Shown: positions 17,552 through 26,240 of the stretch, one piece after another
Position numbering within the stretch: position 1 is the stretch's first letter
Layout: every line of letters starts with the position of its first letter
Assembly: GCA_965215505.1 (NCBI GenBank)
Contig: OZ244065.1
Coordinates: forward strand, 480,001-544,000
Length of the DNA stretch: 64,000 nt
From: Capsulimonadaceae bacterium
GTDB taxonomy: Bacteria > Armatimonadota > Armatimonadia > Armatimonadales > Capsulimonadaceae
Direction of reading: 5' to 3'
Notes under the pieces: generated by a model
Told to the model about the DNA's origin: nothing
What the model saw: the letters and a program-made list of their open reading frames with translations, nothing else
Database searches by the model: none
Made by a program: the position numbers and the translations under genes

Positions 17552-20374
17552 CTAGAACCGCTTCGCGGGCCGTTTCTTCTTGGCCTTGATCGCCGAGATC
17601 TGGATCTCACCGGGGGCGGCGGGCCGGGACGCGGCGGGGGCCACGGGCCGGGCGGCGGGGGGCCGGGTGCTGCCGCCGTTGGCCGGGTAGATCGCCGCGC
17701 CGCCCGCCGTGGGCACGGCGGCGACCTCGGCGCGGGCGGGGGCATTGCCGCGCCGCTTGGCGAGCCAGTTCTCCCAGTCCACCAGGATGGAGGCGGCGTT
17801 GAAGATGGACGAGTAGGTCCCGCTGACGATGCCGATGAGCAGGGCGGCGTTCAGCAGGCGCGTCGTCTGTCCGCCGAGTATGACCAGGGCGACTAGGGTC
17901 ATCACGACCGTCAGCGAGGTGTTGATGGACCGGGCCAGGGTCTGGCCGATGGAGCGGTTGACCAGCGACTCGAAGCTCTCGCCGCGCGCCCGCATCCGCT
18001 GGTTCTCGCGGACGCGGTCGAAGATGACGACCGTGTCGTGGACCGAGAAGCCGATGACGGTCAGCATGGCCGTGATGAAGAGGCTGTCGATCTCCCAGCC
18101 GAGGAAGTAGCCGAAGATCGCAAACGCGCCCAGCAGGACCAGGATGTCGTGCAGCAGGGCCACGACCGCCGAGCTTCCCAGCCGCAGGCCGGCGACGAAG
18201 CCGCCGACGCCGAAGACGAGGGCCAGGTACAGGACGATCAGGCCCGAGGCGATGATGACGGCCTGGATGGCGTTGCTGGTGACTTCCTTGGAGATGATTG
18301 GGCCGGTGCTGCCGAAACGCTGTTCCACGTTCGGGCCGACCTGGTTCAGCGCGGTCGTCAGGCCGTTGTAGACCTCATTGTTGAGCTTGCTGGCCGCCTG
18401 GGACACTTTGGGGACGGTGACGATGGCGACCGTGCCGCCCTCCGCCATCTGCGTCGTGTTGCTCTTGAAGTCGGCGGCGGAAAGAGCGCCCTCGACGGCC
18501 GATGCCGTGACGGGCTTTGCGTACTTGACCTCGATCTGTGTGCCGCCGGTGAAGTCAATGCCGCGCTTCAAACCGCCCAGGGCCAGGAAGATCATGCCGG
18601 GGACGATGATCGCCAGACTCAGCAGGTAGAAGTATTTCCGGCGGCCGATGATGTTCAGCCCGCTGCGCTCGCCGTCCGCCACCGTCCGCCCGACGAGTGA
18701 CCGGACGTTCAGGCCGAACAGGGCCGGGTTCTTCGCCAGGTTGGGGAACTGGCCCACGAGCAGGTACAGCAGGGTCCGCGTCACAGTGATGGCCGAGAAC
18801 AGGGACACCAGGACGCCGATGAGCAGTGTCAGGGCGAAGCCGCGCACGGTGGCCGTGCCCAGCGACAGCAGGACGATGCAGGTGATGGAGGTGCAGATGT
18901 TCGAGTCGCGGATGGCCGGGAAGGCGCGCTTGAAGGCCGAATCGATGGCGGGCCGGAGCGACTTGCCGCTGCGGACCTCCTCCTTCAGCCGCTCGAAGAT
19001 CAGGATGTTGGCATCCACCGCCATGCCGATCGACAGGATGAAGCCCGCGATGCCGGGCAGGGTCAAGGTGACGATCAGGCCGGGGAAGAGCCAGCTCAGG
19101 GCACCCTTGAAGATCGCCAGGGTGAACAGGGCGTAGATCAGGAGGGCGATGTCTGCCAGCAGGCCGGGCAGGCGGTAGTAGGCCAGCATGAAGAGCAGGA
19201 CCAGGGCCAGTCCGACGCCTCCGGCGATCAGGCTCTTGGTGACGGCCCCGATGCCCCGCGTGGCCTCGATGGAGTCGGTCGCCACCTGCGTCAGCGGGAT
19301 GGGCAGCGCGCCGGCGTTCAGCAGGTTGGACAGGTTCTTGGCCTCGGTGAGCGTGGCGAACCCGCCGCTGATCTCGGCCTCCCCGTCCACGATGGGTTCG
19401 GTGATCTTGGGGTAGGACAGCACGGCGTCGTCGAGGACGATCCCGTTGATCTCCCCGGTATGCTCGGTCGTGAATTTGGCGAAGGCGGCCGTGCCCTTCG
19501 GCGTGAAGACCTGCGAGACGGCGGGGATCGAGTTTGGGCCGCTGAGGTGGGCGGTGGACTTCGGCTCAAGGTCAGCCCCGGTCAGGACGGGTTGGCCGCT
19601 GTTTGCGTTCAGGGCATCGGCGATCACGCCGTTCCAGCCGGTGATCTCCCGGTTCAGGGCCGCCGCCCGCTGCTGCTGGGCGGGGGTGAAATAGACCGGC
19701 ACGTCCGAGGCCAGCTCGTCATACTGGGTGCCGAGGAGCTGCTTCTGGGCGGGGTTCTGGGGCGGCGGGGCGTAGGGCGTCGTGGTCGGGCCGGGCCGGT
19801 TGACGCGGGCCTCGGTCAGCAGCGTCGTCCAGTCGGCTTTGATCTGCGCGCCGTCGCGGAAAGTGTCGCCCGGACTGAACCCGTTCCAGGGGCTGGCGAC
19901 CGTGAAGAGCGCCTTGCTGCCCGTCGCCCGGTCCATGCTGAGGTTGAGCGGGTAGGAGGCCGTCTTGGGGTCGTCCGACCGGACATCCGGGAAGTAGTAG
20001 AAGGTCATCTGGGCGGTCGTGCCGAGCTGCTCCAGGATGGCGTTCTTGTCCTTGACGTCCGGCAGCTCGATGACGAACTGCTTCTCCTGGGGGCGCGGCT
20101 GGACGACCGCCTCGGTGACGCCGGACCCGTTAATGCGCTGCTCGATGATGCGCTGGATGGTGGCCTGGTCATAGGGGACGTTCGGGGCGAGGTCGGTCCG
20201 CACCTGGAACGTGGCGCGGACGCCGCCCTTGATGTCAAGGCCATACCGGGTCGGGAACGTGGCGATGCGCTGGTGGGTCTTGGGATCCACATGCTTCGCG
20301 AGCATGACGTAGCTCGAAAGGGCGACGAGGACCAGGATGACCAGCCCCCAAACCCATGTTTTCTCCTGCTTCAA
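17552..20374 (-). CDS. secDF: Fused protein translocase subunit SecDF
   Basis: GLDIKGG, LNAGALP, GMAVDANILIFER, GIDFTGG, LLHD, GFSVHDTVVIFDRVRE; TTG start with RBS GGAGG. Confidence 0.96.
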   Translation of the reverse strand: MKQEKTWVWGLVILVLVALSSYVMLAKHVDPKTHQRIATFPTRYGLDIKGGVRATFQVRTDLAPNVPYDQATIQRIIEQRINGSGVTEAVVQPRPQEKQFVIELPDVKDKNAILEQLGTTAQMTFYYFPDVRSDDPKTASYPLNLSMDRATGSKALFTVASPWNGFSPGDTFRDGAQIKADWTTLLTEARVNRPGPTTTPYAPPPQNPAQKQLLGTQYDELASDVPVYFTPAQQQRAAALNREITGWNGVIADALNANSGQPVLTGADLEPKSTAHLSGPNSIPAVSQVFTPKGTAAFAKFTTEHTGEINGIVLDDAVLSYPKITEPIVDGEAEISGGFATLTEAKNLSNLLNAGALPIPLTQVATDSIEATRGIGAVTKSLIAGGVGLALVLLFMLAYYRLPGLLADIALLIYALFTLAIFKGALSWLFPGLIVTLTLPGIAGFILSIGMAVDANILIFERLKEEVRSGKSLRPAIDSAFKRAFPAIRDSNICTSITCIVLLSLGTATVRGFALTLLIGVLVSLFSAITVTRTLLYLLVGQFPNLAKNPALFGLNVRSLVGRTVADGERSGLNIIGRRKYFYLLSLAIIVPGMIFLALGGLKRGIDFTGGTQIEVKYAKPVTASAVEGALSAADFKSNTTQMAEGGTVAIVTVPKVSQAASKLNNEVYNGLTTALNQVGPNVEQRFGSTGPIISKEVTSNAIQAVIIASGLIVLYLALVFGVGGFVAGLRLGSSAVVALLHDILVLLGAFAIFGYFLGWEIDSLFITAMLTVIGFSVHDTVVIFDRVRENQRMRARGESFESLVNRSIGQTLARSINTSLTVVMTLVALVILGGQTTRLLNAALLIGIVSGTYSSIFNAASILVDWENWLAKRRGNAPARAEVAAVPTAGGAAIYPANGGSTRPPAARPVAPAASRPAAPGEIQISAIKAKKKRPAKRF

Positions 20375-20445
20375 TTCTTCCTCCGCGAAGACAACGCTTC
20401 GACCGACTTCTGATGGGACTGCGAATCTCGTAAAAATGACTTTTC

Positions 20446-20474
20446 ATTATACTGTACGGGTGGGCGACTGTCAA
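20446..20474 (-). promoter_or_regulatory. secDF promoter
   Basis: TTGACA-17 bp-TATAAT; the -35 box overlaps the upstream gene's TGA. Confidence 0.75.
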
Positions 20475-21811
20475 GGTTTCCGCTCCCGCCTCAGCGCGGC
20501 CTCCACTAGATCGGCGCTGTGGGCGACGCCCGGTTCGGCCCGCATCCGGCACCCCAAGTCGGCGGCGGCGGTTCTGATCTTGGGGGAAGTCAGCAACCGC
20601 TCCAGGCGCAGGCGCAGGCTGGTCGAGGAAAGGTCGGCGGGCAGCAGGCGCAGTCCCCAGCCTTCGCGCTGGATGTGGGCGGCGTTTTCAAACTGGTCGA
20701 ACCCGCGCGGGACGATGAGCGAGGGGACGCCGTAATAGCAGGCCGCCTGGGTGGTGCCGACGCCGCCCTGATGGACGACGGCGTCCATCTGCGGGAACAG
20801 GTCGCCGTAGGGGGCATAGGGGATGATCTGCACCCGCCCGCGCAGGCTCGGCGGCAGGGGCAAGGCTGCCGGGGCACCGAGCAGGACCGCACTCCAATCC
20901 GTCGGCGCGAGTGCTTGCAGGGCGGTGGCCCAGAACTCGCCGGGATGGTTGACGACCGAGGAGCCGAGGGTGAACAGAATGCGCGGGGAGGCCCCCCCCG
21001 CCCCCAATCCTGGCGCAACTGCACCCGACGGGGGGGCCAGAGGGGACAATTTCGCAGGGGCACCGCTTGCTGCGCCCTCTGCTCCGAATCCGGCTTCCCC
21101 AGAATTGGGGGCGGGGGGGCCGGTCCCGTCCCAGCGGGCGTAGCCGCCGACCTGGAACCAGCGGGGCCAGTCGGCGGGGCGGGGGAAAAAGGCGGGCGAC
21201 CACAGGCCCAGCGTCAGGCGGCGAGAGTACGCGCCGGACGAGATGACGTTGGGGCGCGGCGCTACTCCGAGCTTTTTGTACTCGGCGGCGGCGAGGGCAT
21301 CAAAATCCCCGAAGATGCGGTAGCCGATCTCCCATCCCAGGCGCGACAGCCAGCCGGGGCAGCCCTTCCAGGCGACGCCGGGGGGCGGATAGGCTCCTGT
21401 TTCGTGGATCAAGGTCGCCGCGCTGGCGCTGACCCAGGACGTGCCGGTCCGGTCGGCGACGGCGGGGGCGGCGAGCTGGATGGTGTGTGAAATGAACAGG
21501 TCCGCTTCGCGCGCCAGCGGCTCCAGGGCCAGGGTGGCCGGGACGATGGCGGGGATGAGGACCTCCTTGAACATGATCTGGATCGGGTCGGTCAGGTGGG
21601 CGGCCAGCATCCTCTTCAAAAGGTCCGAGTCCCAATCCGGGTCTGCGCCCGCGACTGTGGCCTCAAATCCCTGAGCCTGTGCCTTCTCGGCGAACTTGGG
21701 GCTGACCGCCCAACTGACCGCGTGCCCGCGCCGCCGGAGTTCCAGGGCCAGCGCCATGAAGGGGTTAAAATCGCCGGACGAGCCGAGCGTGTGGATCAGG
21801 ATTTTCGACAT
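20471..21811 (-). CDS. GT1/GT28-like glycosyltransferase (RhlB/MGT-like) carrying an in-frame repeat insertion
   Basis: TLGSSGDFNPF..LALEL.RRGH, FTLGS, VVHQGGVGTT, FDQFENA. Confidence 0.9.
   Translation of the reverse strand: MSKILIHTLGSSGDFNPFMALALELRRRGHAVSWAVSPKFAEKAQAQGFEATVAGADPDWDSDLLKRMLAAHLTDPIQIMFKEVLIPAIVPATLALEPLAREADLFISHTIQLAAPAVADRTGTSWVSASAATLIHETGAYPPPGVAWKGCPGWLSRLGWEIGYRIFGDFDALAAAEYKKLGVAPRPNVISSGAYSRRLTLGLWSPAFFPRPADWPRWFQVGGYARWDGTGPPAPNSGEAGFGAEGAASGAPAKLSPLAPPSGAVAPGLGAGGASPRILFTLGSSVVNHPGEFWATALQALAPTDWSAVLLGAPAALPLPPSLRGRVQIIPYAPYGDLFPQMDAVVHQGGVGTTQAACYYGVPSLIVPRGFDQFENAAHIQREGWGLRLLPADLSSTSLRLRLERLLTSPKIRTAAADLGCRMRAEPGVAHSADLVEAALRRERKP
20990..21121. mobile_element. 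132-bp palindromic MITE/REP-like element inserted in frame
   Basis: Terminal inverted repeats GGCCCCCCCCGCCCCCAATCCTGG / CCAGAATTGGGGGCGGGGGGGCC; exactly 44 codons; atypical A/T-ending codons. Confidence 0.75.
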
Positions 21812-21841
21812 GAGCCTACAGTGTACCCGATGCCCGCGCCC

Positions 21842-21860
21842 AATGGTCACGAATGGTCAC
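21842..21860. promoter_or_regulatory. Tandem direct repeat between divergent genes (candidate TF site)
   Basis: AATGGTCAC-G-AATGGTCAC, 10-bp period. Confidence 0.45.
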
Positions 21861-21893
21861 AGGCGGCGGAGCATTGGGTATAATAGCCGCACC

Positions 21894-22985
21894 ATGAATG
21901 AACAGATCTTAGCGGAAGCGCGGCGTCTGGCCGATGAAGTGTTCCGGCCCAATGCGGAGGCCGCCGACCAGGGGGACAGCGGCGGGCAGGTGGCCGAGAA
22001 CGTCCGGCTGCTGGGCGCGGCGGGCTACTTCGGGCTGGGCATCTCGCCGGAGTTTGGGGGAATGGGGGCGGACGACGTGACGCGGCGCGAGTTCACCGAA
22101 CTGATGGCGTCGGCCTGCGGCGTGACGGCGTTCACGCAGCAGCAGCTCCACGCGGGCGGCGGCTTCGTCGGCGGCGGGCGCAACCAGGACCTGCGGCGCG
22201 AGAAACTGCCCCTGTTCGCCTCGGGGCAGGAGCGGTGCGGGGTCGCCTTCTCGCACCTGCGCCGGCCCGGCCCACCGATGGTGCGGGCGGAGCGGGCGCC
22301 CGGCGGCTACCGCGTTTCGGGGACCGCACCCTGGGTGACGGGGTGGGGGGTGATGGACTCGTTCATCCTGGGGGCGATGCGACTGCCCGAAGAGGACCAC
22401 ATCTACTTCTACGTCCCGAAGGCGGGCAACGAGGCCGGCCTCATCCCCGGCCCGCGCATCCCGCTGGTCGTGATGAACGCCTCGGACACCGTGGAGGTCG
22501 CGATGGACGGCCTGTTCCTGCCGGACGACTACGTTTTGTACGAGCGCCCCGCCGAGGCGATGAAGCGCGGGGACTATTGCAGCATCTCGGGCCACGTCTT
22601 CCTGCCGCTGGGCGGGGCGCGCGGCAGCGTCCACTATCTGCGGACGCTGGCCGAAAAGCGCGGCAACGAGGTCTTCGCCCACGCCGCCGAAGAGTTGACG
22701 CGCGAGATTAACGCCTGCCGCCACGAGGCCCTGACCTGGAGCGGGGCCTGCGCGGACCAGGCGGACTACAAGGAACACGCCCTGCACGCCCGTGCCGCCG
22801 CCATCGTGCTGGCCGTCCGTGCGGCCCACGCCACCGTCACGGCGACCGGCGGCAGCGCCCACCTGCTGTCAATGCCGCCCCAGCGGCTTTTGCGCGAGGC
22901 GATCTTCTACACGACGACGGCGCAGACCCCAGACGTGCAGAATGGGACGCTCGACCTGCTGCTGTCCCCGGACTGCTGGGCCTAG
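21894..22985 (+). CDS. Acyl-CoA dehydrogenase family flavoprotein
   Basis: GYFGLGISPEFGG, GYRVSGTAPWVTGWG, MNASDTVEV, ATGGSA...PQRLLRE. Confidence 0.85.
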   Translation: MNEQILAEARRLADEVFRPNAEAADQGDSGGQVAENVRLLGAAGYFGLGISPEFGGMGADDVTRREFTELMASACGVTAFTQQQLHAGGGFVGGGRNQDLRREKLPLFASGQERCGVAFSHLRRPGPPMVRAERAPGGYRVSGTAPWVTGWGVMDSFILGAMRLPEEDHIYFYVPKAGNEAGLIPGPRIPLVVMNASDTVEVAMDGLFLPDDYVLYERPAEAMKRGDYCSISGHVFLPLGGARGSVHYLRTLAEKRGNEVFAHAAEELTREINACRHEALTWSGACADQADYKEHALHARAAAIVLAVRAAHATVTATGGSAHLLSMPPQRLLREAIFYTTTAQTPDVQNGTLDLLLSPDCWA

Positions 22986-22991
22986 AAGCTG

Positions 22992-25900
22992 TCAAGGAAG
23001 GTCTTCGGGCCAAGCCAGTGCATAGGAGGCCGCCTGTTCCCAAGTCATCGCATGGCCTTGTTCCCAGGCCTCAGTGAATGCAGGGTATCCCATCTGCCGC
23101 CGCAGGGCATTGAGGTCTTCCTGATGCTGCTCTGCCCGGAAGGCGACGCGCGGGGTGCCGAGAGCCACGCGTTGCGCCGCTTCGGCTCCAAGTAACCGGG
23201 CCGCCCCGTCTTTGTCCCCCTGAGCCAGCGCGATTTCGGCCATGCCTTTCAGCGCATAAATCCCGTCTCGCTTGTCACCAAGTTCCAGGCAGAGAGCGAG
23301 GCACTCGCGCAGAGCCTGCACTGCGCCCGCTTGGTCGCCGAGATACCCCAGAAGCGGCCCGACGTTACTGAGGGTGTTGGCTACGCTCTGCCAGTCGTTT
23401 GCTCCCCGACGGACGGTAAGACTTTGCTCATAGAAATCCCGTGCCTCGGCCAAACTGCCCCGCTGTTCAGCGATGTTCCCCAGATTATTGAGTACGTCTC
23501 CCAGGCCCGATTGATCCCCCAAACGCCTGTATAAGTCGAGCGCTTCCTGGTGAAAGCACTGCGCGACTTTTAAATCGCCCTGCGTCATCGCCACAGTCCC
23601 CAGGCCGACCAGGGAGCGCGCGGTGCCGATTTCATCGCCAAGAGCGCGCCGGACCGTCAGGCTCTCGTTGTGCAGGGCGGCTGCCGCCGCATTGTCGCCC
23701 TGGCGTGATGCGAGGTTGGCTGCGCCGTGAAGCGCCTTCGCCCGGCCCGCAGTCATCGCCCCAGCTCCCGGCCGCGTCAGTGCGGCGGCGATCCGCTCCC
23801 GCCCCTCACGGAAGTAGCCGCGTACCTGCCAGAACTGCTGCATCCGGCCCGCCATCTCCAGGCACGATTCCACGTTCTCCGCATCCTGAAGCAGCCAGTC
23901 CAGGGTCGCGCGGAGGTTGTCATGGTCGGCTTCAAAAAGGTCATACCAGAGCGCCTGCCGCGAGCCGGTCAGTTCGGCTCGCTTGACCAGCTCCTGGAAG
24001 TGTGCGGCATGGCGTCGGCGGAACTCCTCCAGCTCTCCCCGTTCCTCCAGACGCTCCCGCGCATAGTCACGCACGGTCGTCAGAACGCCCCAGCGGGCCG
24101 TGCCGCTCTTTGTCTCCGAAGCGTGAATGAGGGAGGCATCCTCCAGACTCGCCAGCAGGGAGAGGACATCCGCCCCACCGCCGATCTCCGCAGCGCAGAC
24201 ATCTTCCGCCGCTTCCAGGCTCCAGCCGCCGCGGAACACGGACAGCCGGGCCAGGAGAAGACCGGCCTCGGGGGGGAGCAGACGCCAGCTCCAGTCCAGG
24301 GTCGCCCGCAGGCTGCGCTGGCGGGCCGGCACATCGCGGTCGCGTGCCGTGAGGCCCTGCAAAGCCGTCTCGCGCGTGATGCGCTCCGCCATCGCGCGCG
24401 GCGGCAGCAGACGCACCCAGGAGGCGGCCAGTTCCAGGGCGAGGGGGCTGCCTTCCAAAGCCCGGCAGAGGGCCGTGACGGACGGGGCATTGGTCGGCGT
24501 CAGGCCGAAGTCGGGGCGCACGGCCTGCGCCCGGTCCAGATACAGGCGCACGCTGGCGGATCGCGCCAACTCCTCCACTGGGAGGGGAGCGTCCTCCGAT
24601 GCCTCGGGGACATCGAGCGGCCCCAGCGGCAGCAGCCGCTCCCCTTGCAGTGCCAGGCGCCGCCGCGAGGTGCAGAGGATGCTGAGACCCGCCGTATTCT
24701 TCAGTAGGCTCCCTACGATCTCGGCAGCCCCCCCCGCCGTTGCCTGTGTCCCGCCCGCATCCGCCGCCAGCAGGTGTTCCAGGTTGTCCAGGATCAGCAG
24801 GCAGGGAACCGCGCCGGGTCGGTCCCGTTCTCGGAAGAAGGCGATGACCTGGTCCAGCGGGCCGGCAGCCGCAGAGGGCGGCAGGCGGAGCGCCTGGGCG
24901 ATCTGGGAAGGGATCTGGTCCGCCACCCGGAGGTCTGCCAGCGGGACGAAGCCGCACCAGGCACCGAAGCGCTCGGCGGTCCGGCGGGCAAACTCGGCGG
25001 CAAGGCGCGTCTTACCCGCGCCGCCCGGCCCGGTCAGCGTGATGAGGCGGCAGGGTCGTTCGGAGGGATCAGGCTGGGACTGCGGCTCTTTGGAAGGCAG
25101 GAGCATGGAGGCGAGCTGGGCCAATTCCGGCTCGCGATCAAAGAACCGACTCAGCCAGAACGGGAGGGAGTCGGTAGAGGCCGGGCCGCCGAGAGGCGCG
25201 GCTTCTTCCTTCGCGGCAGCCCGCCCGGCTTCGTGCGGCTGCTCGGGTGAGGCGGCTGGGGGCGGCGGAGCCACTTCTAACCTTTGGGCCTGGCCTGCGA
25301 GCGCTTCCGCAATGGCGCGGCTCACGGCGACGGGCGGGGCGGCCCCGAACTCCTCGTGGAAAAAGCGCTCGCACCGACGGGCGTCCTCACAGGCGGCGGC
25401 GGACTGGCCTGCGAGGGCATGACGGCGGATCAGGCCGACCCAGCCGCCCTCGGCGTAGGGGTCGGCGGTCAGCCACTCCGCAGTCATGGCGGCGGCTTCC
25501 TCGAACCGGCCCAGCGCTTCCAGGTCATCGGCATACCGCTCCAGCGCGCCCACGCGGCGCGACTGGAGGCGCTCGGCTTCGCGCACGGCCCAATCCTGGT
25601 AGTTGCCCGGCTGGAAGTCGCCGCCGTAGAGGGCGAGTGCGCGCCCAAGAATGGCGGCGCGGCTTTTCGGGCCGTCCGCGCCGTCGGCCTCATGGAGCAA
25701 GCCCTCGAACTCCGCGACATCGGTCGTCACGGCGGCGGGGTGCAGACCGACCTGGGCGTGCGTCGTCACCAAGACAGAGCCGCGCGGGACGCCGAGAGGT
25801 TCGAGCTGGCGGCGCAGGCACGAGAGGGCGGTGCTGAGGTTATTGCGCCCCGCCGAAAGGTCCATGTCGGGCCAGAAGAGGTCAATAACCTGCTCACGTG

Positions 25901-26033
25901 GATGCGGCCCCAGGCGGAGGGCGAGGAATGCGAGCAGTGAGGCTGCCTTTTGGGTGCCGAAGCGCGTCACAGTCTGGTGAGACTGGATGACCCGCAGCGG
26001 ACCCAGCATTTCGATGCGACAGCGCGGGTCCAT
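22992..26033 (-). CDS. AfsR/SARP-family regulator: OmpR-like HTH, BTAD, NB-ARC-like STAND ATPase, TPR
   Basis: MLGPLRV..KAASLLAFLAL..LFWPD; DVAEFE..ALALY; GPGGAGKT; LLILDNLEH; LEGSPLALELAA; C-terminal TPRs. Confidence 0.9.
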   Translation of the reverse strand: MDPRCRIEMLGPLRVIQSHQTVTRFGTQKAASLLAFLALRLGPHPREQVIDLFWPDMDLSAGRNNLSTALSCLRRQLEPLGVPRGSVLVTTHAQVGLHPAAVTTDVAEFEGLLHEADGADGPKSRAAILGRALALYGGDFQPGNYQDWAVREAERLQSRRVGALERYADDLEALGRFEEAAAMTAEWLTADPYAEGGWVGLIRRHALAGQSAAACEDARRCERFFHEEFGAAPPVAVSRAIAEALAGQAQRLEVAPPPPAASPEQPHEAGRAAAKEEAAPLGGPASTDSLPFWLSRFFDREPELAQLASMLLPSKEPQSQPDPSERPCRLITLTGPGGAGKTRLAAEFARRTAERFGAWCGFVPLADLRVADQIPSQIAQALRLPPSAAAGPLDQVIAFFRERDRPGAVPCLLILDNLEHLLAADAGGTQATAGGAAEIVGSLLKNTAGLSILCTSRRRLALQGERLLPLGPLDVPEASEDAPLPVEELARSASVRLYLDRAQAVRPDFGLTPTNAPSVTALCRALEGSPLALELAASWVRLLPPRAMAERITRETALQGLTARDRDVPARQRSLRATLDWSWRLLPPEAGLLLARLSVFRGGWSLEAAEDVCAAEIGGGADVLSLLASLEDASLIHASETKSGTARWGVLTTVRDYARERLEERGELEEFRRRHAAHFQELVKRAELTGSRQALWYDLFEADHDNLRATLDWLLQDAENVESCLEMAGRMQQFWQVRGYFREGRERIAAALTRPGAGAMTAGRAKALHGAANLASRQGDNAAAAALHNESLTVRRALGDEIGTARSLVGLGTVAMTQGDLKVAQCFHQEALDLYRRLGDQSGLGDVLNNLGNIAEQRGSLAEARDFYEQSLTVRRGANDWQSVANTLSNVGPLLGYLGDQAGAVQALRECLALCLELGDKRDGIYALKGMAEIALAQGDKDGAARLLGAEAAQRVALGTPRVAFRAEQHQEDLNALRRQMGYPAFTEAWEQGHAMTWEQAASYALAWPEDLP

Positions 26034-26240
26034 GAATCTTTCTCCACCGATGGTAATTAGGCCGAACCTGTCTCTATTGTATCACATGTCACGCAGCCTG
26101 TGTTGATGCACACTGCCAAAACACCTCAAAATCTCGTGAATTTAGGAGTTGGCGTTAGGAATTGATTAGGGACTGCGAGTTATCCTAATTACGCTCTAAC
26201 GCTGTACCTTCCGAATTCACGCGACCGAAAGGAACATCCG

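Noticed and set aside
22992-26033. Avs/NLR-type anti-phage STAND system
   Set aside because: The N-terminus is a SARP HTH-BTAD transcription module, not a nuclease or other toxic effector
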